This document shows, piece after piece, positions 10,652-23,283 of a DNA stretch of 64,000 bases. The position numbers and the translations under genes were made by a program. The notes under the pieces were generated by a model. That model searched no databases. It saw only the letters and a list, made by a program, of their open reading frames with translations, and was not told the DNA's origin. The stretch comes from Scenedesmus sp. PABB004 (lineage: Eukaryota), in contig JABVCE010000017.1 of NCBI GenBank assembly GCA_014905635.1, positions 372,001 through 436,000 on the forward strand, in the 5' to 3' direction. Positions within the stretch are counted from its first letter, which is position 1. The number at the start of each line of letters is the position of its first letter.

Positions 10652-13417
10652 TCACTCGTCGCCGTCGTCGCCCTCCTCCCCCTCCTCGCCCTCGTCGTCG
10701 CCCTCGCCGCCGTCCGAGGGCCCGCCCGCCGGCAGGCCCACCAGGCCGTCGTCCTGCGCATACTCATCTCCGCCTGCGGCCACGGCGCGGCGGCGCGCGG
10801 CGCGGCGGCGCGCGGCGTCGGCGTCGGCCGAGGCTGCGGGGGACGCGCCCCGGCGCGCCGCCGCCGGCACACCCCTCTACGCCCCGCGCAGCCGCCGGCG
10901 CGCCTGCTGTGCCGCGCGCGCACCGTCGCCGTCGAAGCCCTCCTCTCCCTCCTCGTCCCCTCCTCCTCGCCCTCCTCCCCTCGTCGTCAAACTCGCCCCC
11001 ATCTGACCGCAGCGCGGAGCGCAACGGCGCGACGGCAGGCGCAGGCGCGGGCGCGCGCTTGTGAGGGGCCGGGCGCGCTCGCGAGGGCTCGCGCGGGAAG
11101 CTTGGCCGCGGCGGCGTGCCGCAAAACACGCCAAGCACGCGGCGGGACCACCGCGCATGAGCACGCGGGGAGAAAGAGAGCAGCGGTGCGTGCCACGCGG
11201 CGTGGCGCGGCGCGGCGCGGCGCTGCGTCCGCACCTGGTCACCGTCAAAGAGGCCGCCCATGTCCTCCGCCGCCTCGCGGTACCAGCGGAGCGGGTCGGG
11301 CCAGATGTCGTCCTTGAGCACGTCCGCGATGTCGTCGTGGCTCTGCGGGCGGCGGCGTTATTTGGGTTGTTATTTGGCAGTTATTCGGTCGTTAGTCACG
11401 GCGCCACGCCCAAAGCAACGGGCGCGGCTCGGCGCACGGCGCGCGCGGCGGCGCGGCAGCGCAGCGGCGGCGCCGCACCTGCACGCCCTCGCCGCTGGCG
11501 AACCAGAGGCTGAACAGGCTGTACTGGTTGCCGGCGGGCGCGCCCCGCTTGTCGCCCGCGCGCGGCGACCCCTCCTCGTCCTCCTCCTCCGGCGCCGGCT
11601 CCTGGCGGCGCAGCGCGCAGCGCGCGGGGTGCGGAGCGCGCGGGGCGCGGCCGTGTGGGGCCCGCGCCGCGGGCGCGAGCTGCTGGCGGCAGCGCGCACG
11701 TGGTGCGGCGGGCCCGCGGGCAGCCGCGGCGGCCCCCTCCCCCCCCCCCCCCCAACCCTGTGCCTGCAGCGCGCGGCCGGGGCGCGCACCATGCCGGGGC
11801 GCCACTGGATGTCGGTGCCCGTGACCGCGAGCGACGCGTCGTCGCCGAAGCGCAACTCCTTCACCAGCTCACTGCGGCGCCGCCAGCAGCAGGGGCGGCG
11901 TGGGCGCGGCTCGGGCGCGGGCGCGGCTCGGGCGCGGCGGGGGCGGCGGGCGCGCGCGGCGCCCCAGCAGCGCCGCCGCGCCCCTGGCTGACCCCGCCCC
12001 GACCCGCAGTGCTGTGCTGCGGCGCGCTGCTCGCGAGCGGCTCGCTCCGACCCCGCAAAACCCCGCGCTGTGGCCCCGCTAAGCCGCGCACGTGTTTGCA
12101 AAGTAGGGGTTGCTCGGCGCAAAGGCAAAGCGCACGCGGAAGCCGCTCTTGATGTCGGCAAAGTCCTCCACGTCCACCTGGCGGGGTTTAGGGGGTTTGG
12201 GGGGGGGGGGGGGTCGGGCGGGTTTGGGGTTGAGGGTTGAGGCAGGGCGCGCCGCGCGCCGCCCTTCACCCCGCTCGAGCATCTCATTGTTCAAGCCCAG
12301 AGTTTCAAACTCTCAAGCCCCCCCTAAACCCCAGGCTAAGCCCTGGGGGCCAAGCTAAACCCCGGGGGCTCACGTCGACGAGGTAGTCCATGACGTCGAG
12401 GTCGGCCTCCGTCACCACGTTGCGCACGATGGGGTGCACCATCAGCACCTGGGGGCGTGCGGGCGCGTGGGGCGTGTTTTGCTTTGTTTGATTGGGGGAG
12501 GCGGGGCGTGCGGGGCGCGGAGGGCTCGGCGCCGGCGCACGCCGCCCGCGGCGCCGGCGCGCCGCGCAAGGAGGCTGTTCGAAGTGCAAAGCCGCCGGCG
12601 GGGCGGGCGCCCCGGGGCGGGCGCGCGGCGCAAGGGCCGCCGCGCGGCGCGCGCCTTTTTCCAAAACCCGGGTATGCGGCTGAGCGCGGCGCCGCGCGCG
12701 CCGTAGGCGGGGCGCCGGCGCTTGTTGAACTCCTGCTCCACCGCGAGCACGCGGTCGCTCGCCTCGTCGTTTATCTGGTGCGGCGGCGGGGTTTTGGGCG
12801 GCGGCGGGGCGTCGGGGTTTAAGGGGTTGAGGGTTTTGGGTTGTTGTGCGAGGGGAAGGGGGAGGGGGAGGGCGGGGAGGAGGCGGGTGAGGGTGAGGGC
12901 GAGGTGTGTGGGCGGTGGGCGGGGGTGGTGGCGTGGGGTGAGGGTGAGGGACGGGGCCAAGCCGAGCAGTGCTGGCGTGCGGCGCGCGCGGCGCGCGCGG
13001 CGCGGCGGGGCAGCGGCTGCCGCGCCGCGCGGCTGGCATGCGCTGCGCGCCGCGCTGCGCCGCGGCACAAGGGAGGAGCGCTCCCCTCTCCCTGGGGCGC
13101 CGCACCGCGCCGCCGGGCGCTGCCAGCTGCGTGCCGCCGTGCCGCCGGCGCGCCGGGCCGGCGCGCCGCCCGCGGCGGCGGCGGGGCGGCGCCGCGCCGA
13201 TCCATCGTGCGCGGCGCGCGCCCGCCGCCGGCTCCCGCACCTGCTCCAGCTCGTACTGCGCCGCCTCAGCTGCTTCCAGCGCGGCGAGGTCGGGTTGGTC
13301 CAGGCCGTCGGCGAGGCCGTCGTCCTCCAGGGCTGCCGCGCCCTCGTCTGCTGCTGCTGCTGCCCCGCCCTCCGGCTCCTCCGGGCTGCCCAGGCGGGGC
13401 CGCTTGGGCGACGCCAT
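10652..13417 (-). CDS. Nucleosome assembly protein (NAP/SET family, NRP-like histone chaperone), about 9 exons
   Basis: Exons INDEASDRVLAVEQEFNKRRRPAY..IPGFWKK, VDVEDFADIKSGFRVRFAF..NPYFAN, LVKELRF..GTDIQW, SLFSLWF, DDIADVLKDDIWPDPLRWY, and an acidic C-terminal tail. Confidence 0.92.
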
Positions 13418-14691
13418 GCCCCGACCCGAATGATGCGCGGGCGGCGGCGGCTCTCGGCGCGCAGGGCGAGGCGCTGGCGGGCTGTGGGGTGGGCGCGATG
13501 CTGCTGGCACGCGAGGGCGGGCGGGTCGAGCGCGCGTGGTGCCGGGCGGTGTGAGGCCGCGCGCAGAGCGGCTCCCGCGCACCTCCGGGCGCGCGGCGCA
13601 GGCGGGTCTGGCCGCGCCCCAGCCCCGCCCGCCGGGGGCCCCGGCCCGCTGCTCCCGGCCGGCCCGGCCCGCCGTCCCGCACTCCCTGCGCGCACAAGCA
13701 ACGATCAGGACCTCCCGGAGACGCGCAGGTGCGCTGCAGGCGCCAACTGCCGTCCCGCGAGCGCGCTCGAGCGCTGCGGTGCCGCGTGCGCGGGCCAGGC
13801 CCGCTCGCACCGCTCGGCGCACCTCGCACGCGGCGGCGCGGCGGCGGCGGGGCCGTGGGCAGCGCGGGCCAGGCCATCTCCGCCAGCGCCAGCCCGCTCC
13901 CGGCGACTGGGGACGCGCAGGCGCCTGCCTGCCGGCCCCGAGCGACGCCCGGGGTGGCGCTGCAGGCGCTGGCAGCTGCGCCGGCGCGCGCCCGGCCCCC
14001 CGCGCCGCTGCGTCGGCGGCGCCGAGCGCACGCGTGCGCGCCGCGCTGCCCCGCAGGGCGCCAGGAGCTGCCAGCGTGACGCCCGGAGCAGGCAGGCGCA
14101 CTGCGAGCGCGGGCGGGAGCAGGACAGGAGCAGCGGCGCGGGGGACGCGGGCGGCGCGGCGCGCGGCCGGCAGCAGCGGCGGCGGCGCGCGTCCAACCGA
14201 CCGCACCGCCGGCGGCCGCGCGGCGCGGCAGCCACCAGCAGCGGCGGCGGCGCGGCAGCCACCAGCAGCGGCGGCGGCGCGGCGGCCCGGCGGCAGCGGC
14301 AGCGGCGGCGGCGGCGGCGGCGGCCGCGCGCCGGCCCATGCCGGCGGCGGCGGCGCGCCGGCAGCGCTGCTAGCGCGGCCGTGCATGGCTGGCGCACGAC
14401 GCGCTCGCACGGGCGCCGCGGCACGCCGAGCAGCGGCGGCGACCGCCGACGCCGGCCAGCGGCGCAGCGGCGGCAGTAGACGGGCGCAGCGCCGCCCCGC
14501 GCGGCGCGCGCCGCGCCCGCCGCGGCGGCGCTAGCCGGCGGCGCGCGGGCGCGCGCGGGCGGCGGCGGCGGCGGGCTCGCAGGGCAGCCGCCGTCCCGGG
14601 GGACAGCGGCATCAGCCGCGCCTCGCAGGGCAGCGGGCGTCAGCGTCTCGCAGGACAGCGGGCGCCAGCGCCTCGCAGGGCAGCGCGAGGC

Positions 14692-17600
14692 ATGACGCTG
14701 CGGCTGTCGCCGGAGGTCGTCGCGGACGTGGAGTGGGCGGTCGTGGCGCTGACGGGGCTCATCGCGGTCGTCAGCCTGGTGCGCCGGCGGCGGCGGCGTG
14801 GGCGCGGCGGGGGCGCGGGGCTCAGGGTTTTGCAGGGCGCGCGTGGCGGGGCGCGGGGCTCAGGGTTTTGCAGGGCGCGCGCGCGGCGGGCGGGCTGGCG
14901 TGCTGGCGTGCGGGCTGGCGTGCGGGGGCCGCAGGGCGGGGGCCGCGGCGGCGGCGGCGGGGGCCGCGGCGGCGGCGGCGGCGGCGGTGCGGGCCGCCGC
15001 TGGCCCCGGCTGGCCGCTGCTGGCCCCGGCCGCCACTGGCCCCGGCAGCAGCGGGCAGCGGCAGAGGGGCAGCGGCAGGGGCGCCGGCAGGAGCGGCGCC
15101 AGCAGCAGCGCCCCCCCCCACCCACCCACACCCACACACACGCACACACGCGCCCGCCCTCACCCCCGCCCGCCATCACCCCGCCGCCGCCCTCATCCCC
15201 CGCCCGCGCCCGCCGCCGCCCGCCCGCACCCGCCGCCCTCCGCCCGCCCGCGCCGCCGCGCCCCCAGCTCGGCGCGCTCTACAGCGTGCCCTGGACGTTC
15301 CGGTCACGCCAGCAGGCGTCGACGCGCGCGTTCAACTACCTCTGGGTCACGCGCGCCGCGCTGCAGGTGGGCGGGTGGGTCAACGGCGTGGGTGGGTGTG
15401 TGTTGTTGTGTGTGTGTGTGGGGGGGGGACCACTGCAGGTGCGGGTCAACAGCGTGTGGGCGGGTGTTGTGGGTGTGGGCGTGTGGGTGTGGTCGGGGGC
15501 AGAAGGGCCGTGTTTGGAGGGCCGCGCGGCCGCGGCTCCCCTCGCCCACGCGTGCCCGTCCACACACACCCTTTTGCAGGTCATTGCCGCGTGCTATGCG
15601 CTCAGCCTGGACCTGCGCCTGCAGGCGCGCGCGCAGCTGCGCGGCGCGGCGGCGCGGCGGCGGCGCGGCGGCGGCGGCGGCGCGGCGGCGGCGGCGCGGC
15701 GGCGGCGGCGCGGCGGCGGCGGCGGCGCGGCGGCGGCGCGGCGGCGGCGGCGCGGCGGCGGGCCGCGCGCGCCGCCCCTGCTCCGTCCCGCGCAGCGCTG
15801 CAGCGGGCGGCTAAACCCCGGCCCCCCGACCCGCCCGCCCGCCCCTAAACCCCCCAGGTGCTGTGGAGCGCCAAGAGCGCGATCATACCGGGCGGCTACA
15901 ACGTGGACGCGATGTGCAGGTGCGCTTTAGGGGCTGGGGTTTAGGGGGCTGGGGTTTAGGGGCGAGGGGGCGCTGGGTCGGGGCCGCCCCAAAGCCCCTG
16001 CCCCCCGCCGTCTTCCGCTTCTCCTCGGGCGGGTGTCGCCCGGGGTGCAGCGCAGGACGGCGGGCGGCCGCGGCTTTGAGGGGGGCTGGGGGGGCTTAAG
16101 GAGGGGGGGTGGTCGGGGCCGCCCCAAAGCCCCTGCCCCCCGCCGTCTTGCGCTTGTCCTCAGGCGGGTGTCGCCCGGGGTGCAGTGCAGGACGGCGGGC
16201 GGCCGCGGCGTTGAGGGGCGCTGCGGGTTTGGGGGGGGGGGGGTGGTCGGGGCCGCCCCTGCCGCTCCCGCCGTCTTGCGCTGGCCGCTGCCGACGGCCT
16301 GCTCGTTGCTCGCTGGGCAGCGGCCAGCGCAAGACCGCGGGGAGGGGGGGTAGGTTCGGGGGGGGGGGGGGGGGGGGGGTGGCCTGGGTCGCCCCTGCCG
16401 CCCCCGCCGTCTTGCGCTGGCTGTAGAGAGCCGGGTCCTGCCGACCGGTCAGCGGCCAGCGCACGACGGCCGGGGGCGGGGGGGGGGGGGGGGGGGGCGA
16501 CGCGGCGCGCGCGCCTCCCCGCGCCCCCTGAGCCCTCCCGCCCCTAAACCCTCTCCTCCACGCCTAAACCCTGCCCCCGCCCCCCCTAAACCCCGCCCAG
16601 GCTCTACATCGGCCTCTCCTTTGGCCTGCTGGAGCCGTCCTTCCTGCTGCTGGTGCTCTTTGCCTGCATGTGAGCCCAGCCCCCCCCCTCCCCCTTTTGC
16701 TCCCCGCTGCGCACTGCGCGCTGCGCTGCGCTGCCCAGCGCCGCCGGCCCCGGCGCGTCCCCGCACTCAGCCCCCCACGCACGCGCTCGACGCCCCTCTC
16801 GCCCCCCACTCAACCCGCGCGCGCCCCCCACTAAACCCTCGCGCGCCCCACTAAACCCCCAAACCCTAACCCCGCAGGTACACGGTGCACCGCCACACGA
16901 GCAGCGAGCCGGGGGCCAACCCAAACCTCTTCATCTTTGCGCTCACCCTCGGCCTCACGCTGCCCATGTGCGCGGCGCAGGTCTTCGCCGCGCTCTTCAG
17001 CCGGTGCGGCGCCGCCGCGCCGCGGCGCCGCCGGGGGCTGAGAAGGGGGGGGGGGGCTCGAGGGCTTTTGGGACCGGGGGCGTGTGCGCGCGCGCGGTTG
17101 TGCGTGGCAGCCGCCGCCGGCGGCGCCTCGCGCTCGCCCGCGCGCGCCGCGCGCGCGCGCGGCGCTCAGACCCGCCCTCCCCTCCCTTTTTCAAACGCGC
17201 CCGCCCTCCCTCTTCAAATCTTCAAACCTGCACCTCCCTCACCCCCCCCCCTCCCCCTCCCCCCCCCCCCCCCGCGCAGCATCATGACGCAGCTGCGCTA
17301 CAATGAGGAGCTGATGTTCAAGTTCTTCGCCGCGAGCGCGGCCGTCGGCGACACCATGTGCCCGGGCGAGGCGGACAACCCAAACTGCGCGGTGCGCCGC
17401 GCGGCGCGGCGCGGCGCGGCGCGCGTGTGTGTGTGGGTGGGGGGGGTCGCTGTCCCGGCGGCTGTGCGCCGCCGCCGGGACCGCCGCGCGGCCTGCCGCC
17501 CAAAACGCGCACCGCGCAAGCTCGAAAAGTCAACAGTCAACAAATATCAAATAACACTAAAAATAACATTCCTGCCCCCACCCCGCCCCGCCCGCCCCGC

Positions 17601-18859
17601 CCCCCAGGTGTGCCTGTTCCCCGAGTTCTCCACCCTTATCAGCGCCGCGTTTGCGCTGCTGTACCTGGGCGTGCTCTGGGCGACGCTTGGGCGCGTCGCC
17701 GACGCGGCCATCTCGCGCGTGCTCGCGCGCCGCATCCGCCTCCTGCAGGTGGGTGCGGGCCGCTGCGCGTGTGCCTGCGCGCGCGCATGCGTGTGGGGTG
17801 TGTGTGTGGAGGGGCGTGCTGGTTGCTCTCGCTGCCTCTGGTTGCGTGCCGCGTCCTCGCGCGGCCGCGTGGCGCGCCGCGCCGCGCCGCGCGCGCGCGC
17901 CCCTGCACCGCCGCTCGCGAACCTCGCTAAGCCCCGCCTCAACCCCGCCCCGTCCCCAACCCCTAAACCCTTGCCGTCCCCCCCAAACCGCCCGCCCCAA
18001 ACCCCAGGTCAGTGTCACGCTCTTCTTCTGCGCGAGCGTCGCGCTGCGCGGCGTGACGGTCGAGGCGCCCGACCCCTACTCGCTGCCCTTTGTCGCGCTC
18101 TGGCTCTCAAACGTGCTCGTCGGCAGCGGCCTCATCGTGGTCGTGAGCGCCGTGCTCGTGAGCGCGGCGCCGGGGTTGGGGTTTTTAAGGGCGGCGGGCG
18201 GGCTGCGGGAGGGATGGGCGCGGCGGTCGGGGGGGGGGGGGGGGGGCGCCGGGGCGGGGCGCGCGCGCCGCGCCGCCTCCCTCCCTCCCTCGCGCCCGCT
18301 CACGCCCGCGCCCTCCCTACCCTCCCCCGCCCCGCCCTGCCACACACAGGTGTGGGTCCCTGTGTATGACGGCCGCACCGCGGGCGCCCGCATCGGCGCG
18401 CCGCCCGGGGTGAGCCGCCGGCCGGCGGGAGGGCGGGCGGGCGCGGAGAGGGACGGGGGCGAGCGCACACGCGCGCGCGCGCGCGTGGCGCCACGGCCGC
18501 CCGCGCGCCGGCGCCCACGCACGCCGCCCGCCCGCGCCCCCGCCACCGCCACCGCCGCACGGTGCGCAGCCGCCGGCGAGCCTTCTCGCCGCGCCGACCG
18601 AGCTGCTGCCGCTCGTGGGCTTTGCCAAGGGCAGCTACAGCCACGAGCCGCCCAGCAGCGAGTGCGATGACGGCGCGGGCGAGCCGCCGCCGCTCGAGCT
18701 CGGCGCCGGCGGCGGCGGCGGCGGCGCCGACGCGGGGGGCCTGCCGCCGAGCGGGCCCGCGGCGCGCTGCTGCGCCCGCTCGGCGCCGGCGGCGCCAGCA
18801 GCAGCGTGGCCGTCGTGCGCAGCAGCTCGCCGCACCTGCGCGCCGGGGCCGCCGCCGCC

Positions 18860-18904
<45 letters not shown>

Positions 18905-19010
18905 GCCGCCGACGGCGGCGGCAGCGGCAGCGGCGCGCCGCGCCCGGCGCTGCGGCACGCGCCGCGCCGGCTGGAGCACGAGTGACCGTGGCGCGCGCGT
19001 GGGCTGGTGA
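14692..19010 (+). CDS. Uncharacterised multi-pass (about 7 TM) membrane protein, about 11 exons
   Basis: Hydrophobic exons with consistent splice sites: WAVVALTGLIAVVSL, FNYLWVTRAALQ-VIAACYALSL, LYIGLSFGLLEPSFLLLVLFACM, NLFIFALTLGLTLPMCAAQVFAALF, CLFPEFSTLISAAFALLYLGVLW, VSVTLFFCASVALRG, FVALWLSNVLVGSGLIVVVSAVLVWVPV. Stop is at 18985 or 19010, depending on a possible indel. Confidence 0.75.
15976..16480 (+). ncRNA. Candidate intronic array of four paralogous stem-loops (~130-bp period)
   Basis: Shared core CGCCGTCTT(G/C)CGCT at 16006, 16141, 16269 and 16405, each followed by a complementary arm. Unit 3 has a perfect 20-bp inverted repeat (16273-16292 / 16316-16335). The array lies within intron 15920-16600. 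Confidence 0.5.
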
Positions 19011-22000
19011 GCGGCGGCGGCACAACCGCTTGCGATGATTTACAATGGCCCCCCGCGACGCCGGGCCTCTGCGCGCCTGCAACCGCCTTCAACCGCCCGC
19101 CTCGGCCGCCCAAAGCCAGCCGGGCCGAGCCTGCGCGCCCTGTCAGCTCAGCTCAACCACAGCCGCAGATCGCAGCCACCGCCGCAGCGCAGCGCCGCCG
19201 ACCCTCGGGACAGACAGACGGGACGGAGGCGCGCGAGGCAGGCTGTGAGCGCGCGTGGCAGCGCGTGGCGCCGCCGGGGGTGCACGGTCGGGGTCGGGGC
19301 GGGCGGCGGGGCTGCCCGCCGCCGCGGGCCATGAAACACTGAATGCAGATCTGTGCGCACCGCCGCGATATAGATCAAATCACGTGTCGCACACACCAAA
19401 ACCGCTGCCGCGCCGTGGCGGCGCACGGCGCACACACCGGGCGGGCAGCGCGCGGCGCGCGCGCGCGGGGCGGGCCGCCGCGCCGGGCGGGCGGCGGGCG
19501 GCACGCGCCGCGCGCGCGGCAAATGCAGGGCAGCTAGCAGCAGGCAAGGGCGGCCCGCGGGCAGGGAGCGAGGCTGAACGTCTCGCGTCAACACAAACAC
19601 ATGTTATTCAGTGTGACACGCCATGTCTGCGTGCCATGCGCAGCCGGCGCGCGCGCGCGCCGTCAGCGGTGACAGTGACAGCCGCGCGGCCGCAGCAGCA
19701 CACGCCGCTGCCGCCGCCGTGGGCGGCGGCGCCCCTCGCCCCCGCGTGCATGTGCCACCACACAGTCGCGCGCCGCGGCCGGCGCCCTCTGCTCGGCCGG
19801 CCGCGCGCGCGCGCGCGCGCGCGCGCCTGCGCCGGGCGGCGCACGGCATGGCGCACACGCCGGGCGGGCAGCGCGCGCGCGCGGCGCGGGCAGTGGGTGC
19901 GTGAGAGGCACGCGCGGCGCGTGCGGGGGCGCCGCGCGTGCGCGTGCGTGCGTGCGTGTGAGTGAGTCGTGATGGGTGTGGGTGTGTGGCTGTGGCTGTC
20001 GGCGCCGGTTCCCCATTCCCCATTCCCGTGCCCCCGTTCCAAGCAGCAGCTCCGCCTGCAGACGCCACCACACACAAGCAAACACAGCCGTCTGTTCAGC
20101 ACACCGGGTCGGCCGTCGTCGTGGCAGCGTGCAGCAGGCGAGTCGTCGTGCGCCCTGCGCCCCCCTCCCCCCCCACCCTCCAGGCGTGCGAGCGGGCGAG
20201 GGGCCCGTGCAGCATGGCAAGCGATGCATGCGCCGCACAATTCAGGCGGCGGCGGCGCGCGCAGCCGGCCGGCGGCGCCCGCGGATCGGGCGCGGGGGGC
20301 CGGCCGGCCGCGCCGCGCGCGCCCGGCCGGCCTGCTGGGCCGTCTCGCGCGAGCAAGGGGTAGTGCCAGTGCGCAGTGCTGCGGGCGTTAATTTAGGCGC
20401 GCGCGCGGCATGCAAGTCCTCGCAGCGCGCGGCGGCGCTGCACGATGATGAAAGTGGTGCGCGGTCGTCGTGAGTGCAGGTCCACGTCGGCGGCGCGCTC
20501 CGGAGCGCTGCTGGGTGAGCGCTAGTCGGTACAGGCGGCGGCAGAGGCCGCCGCCGCGCCGCAGCGCGCCGCGCCGCGCGGGTCGTCGGGCGCGGGCGGG
20601 CAGGCGCGCTGCGGCGTGCGCGCGTGCGCGTGCATTGCGGCATGCGTGCGCCCCCACACACCACCACCACACACCGCCGCCACCCCTACGGCCCCCGCCG
20701 AGGCGCGCGGCGCGCGGCAGGCGCGGCGCCATCCAGCCGCCCGCCTGCCTGCCGCGCGCCGGTCCAGTCGTCGGCGCGCGCCGGCCCCCTCGACCCGCGG
20801 GCGCTCGCCGCCCCCGTCGTCGGGGCGCCAGCGCAGTTCAAACGGATGGATACCAAAGCACCTGATCAAGGCCGCAGGAGCGGCAGGAGCCTGCGGGGCG
20901 CGGCGCCGCCGCCGCCGCGCCGCGCCGCGGCGGCGGCGGCGCGCGCGGCAGCGGCGGGCGCTCGCCCGCCGCCGCGCGCGCGCGCGCCCGCCGACGCAGC
21001 CCTCTCCCGCCCCGCAGCATCCAGCAGCCTGCACATCACGCGCATACATCTGTACACCGCGGCGGCCGCCCGGGCGCAGGGCGGCGGCCGCAGGCGTGCG
21101 TTGGGAGCGCGCGCGCGGACCGACCTCGGGGGCAAAACGAAGCGGCACGTCGGGGCGCTGCGCGCCCGTCTCGGTCTGGGGCTCAGCCCCCGTCGCCGCC
21201 CTCCCCGCGGCCGCGCCGCGCACTGATAGCAGAGCAGAGCATCCAGCCCGCACGCCCGCGCGCGGCGCGTGCGTCAGTGCGTGCGTGCGCCGCGGCGGTG
21301 GAGCGGCGTGGTAGTAGTAGTCCAGTAGTCGCAGTCCTGTCCAGTCTCCTGTCCGGTCTCGGTCCGGTCTGTGCATCCTGAGTGGGTCTGTGCATCATCC
21401 TGAGCGAGTCCCAGTCCGTGCATCCATTCGCCGCCTAGTGAGAGTAAGTAAGCATGAGCAAGCAAGCAAGGCCGGCGCGGGGCCGCGCGCGCGCGGCCCC
21501 GCCCGCCGCCGCCGCCACACGCGCCGCCCTCGGCGCGCGCCGATGAAATGAGCGGGCGCGCGCGCACTATGAGGGCGGGCAGTCGCAAGGCAAGGCAATC
21601 AAACGCGACACGCAAAAACTGCCGGCCCGCCGCCGGCCGCTCCGTCCGCTGCACGCCACGCGCGACGCGCCGGGGCGGGCGGGGCGGCGCGCGCGCGCCG
21701 CACCGCCTGCCCGCCGCCGGCGCGGTCCATCGTCGATTTGTTTGTCGCATCAAATGCGGCGCCGCGCCCGGGGCGGGCCGGGCGTGCGCCGCGGCGAATG
21801 CCGCCACGGGCGCCCGCCCCCGCGGCGGCGCGGCTGGGGGTTCAACGCCGGCCGGCGCCCGCCCGCGCACGCGCGCGCCGCCCGGCCCGGTGGCCGGGCC
21901 GGCGCGCCGCGGCCGCGGGCGCCACGGCCAAGCACGCAACGAAACGCAAACCAGGGGCGACGTCGGCGGCCAGCCTCAAGCGGCGCGCTGTCGTCGTCGT

Positions 22001-22143
22001 TATGCGCCGCAGGGTCCTTAGGCGGCGCGCCGTGCCGTGCGGTGCAGTCTTTGTCATCGTCGCGGCGCGGGCGCCGCGCCGCTCGCGCCTCCGCCGGCGC
22101 CGCCGCCGGCGCCGGCCGCGCGCGCGAGCGGCGCGCGCTGCAT

Positions 22144-23283
22144 CTAGGCGCCGCCGCCGCCAAGCACGCCCAGCAGGATGAACGCGGGCGCGGGGACCGA
22201 CTCGGGGCACTCGTCCGCCCAGGAGCCGTCCGACGCGCGGCGCTGCAGGTCGCGCGCCGCGGGCCAGGCGCCAGGGGGCTTGCCCAGCGCGGCGAGGCCG
22301 TCGAGCGCCGACGCGAGCTCGGCCGCCGCGCCGCGCAGGGCGGGCGCGCCGCGCGCGGGCGCCGGCGCGCCGCACAGCGCCGGCGGCGCGGAGCTCGGGC
22401 CGAAGCCGTCCAGGCTCCCGCGCCGCTTGCTGCTCGGCTCGCGCGCGGGGCTGAGCGAGAGCGCCGCGACGCGCGGCAGGGCGCGCTTGCGGCTGCCGTC
22501 GCCGCCGGGCCGCGGCCCGGGGCAGGGGTCTGCCAGCGGCGCCGCCGGCGCGGCCGGCACCTGCAGCTGCAGCTCCATGTGGCGCAACCACGCCTGCAGC
22601 TTGCCGCGGCTGCTGGCGCCGTGCGAGCAGGCCGCGTCGTCGCCCGCCGCGGCCGCGCGGCGCGGCGCGGCGGGCGCGGGCGGGGCCCGCGGGCACTCCG
22701 CCGCCGCCGCGCCCGCGCCGCGCTCCGGCGTGCGCGGGCTGCCCGGCGGCGCCGCGCACGCGGCGGGCTCCGCGAGCGAGAGGCACAGGCAGCGCCGCGC
22801 GGGCGGGCGGCTGCTGCAGCTGCTCGCGCTGCTGCCGGGCGGCGCCGCCGCCTCCAGCTCCAGCCGCGCCGCCCGCAGCGGCGCGCCCGGGCTCCACGGC
22901 GACGGCGGGCAGCAGAGCTCGAGCGCGCGCGCGGGGGGCTGCTGGCCGCGGCGCCCGCAAACGCGGGCGCCGCGAATGCGGGCGCGGCAAACGCGGGCGG
23001 CGGCAGCCCGCCCTCGCCCCACGCCAGCCCGCCGGCGTGGGCGCTCAGGGCGCCCATGTGCGGCAGCCCCGACGACGCCAGGCCCGGGCGCGGGCGGGCG
23101 CCGTCCACGCTGAGCGCGCCGCTGGCCGCGAGGGCGCTGGCGCCCGCCACGATGGCCCGCAGCGTCGCGCCCGTGGCGCGCGGCCCGGCGTCAGGGCCGG
23201 CCGACTGCGTGCCGGAGGCGCCCGGGGGCCCATCGCCGAAGCCAAAGCCGCACTGGCTGCTGCAGGCGGAGCTCGCCATCATC
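22144..23283 (-). CDS. Hypothetical low-complexity protein (needs one frameshift or intron)
   Basis: MMASSACSSQCGFGFGDGPPG... in one frame, and ...KLQAWLRHMELQLQVP...ESVPAPAFILLGVLGGGGA* in the adjacent frame. Codon usage looks coding, but no domain is recognised. Confidence 0.35.

Noticed and set aside
15976..16480. Repeat-spacer appearance suggesting a CRISPR array
   Set aside because: Eukaryotic intron, ~130-bp period, degenerate repeats, self-complementary units and no cas genes.
19010..22100. Protein-coding gene in this interval
   Set aside because: No exon with a convincing peptide or consistent splice pattern. There is only a short duplicated motif (~19420 and ~19845) and simple repeats.
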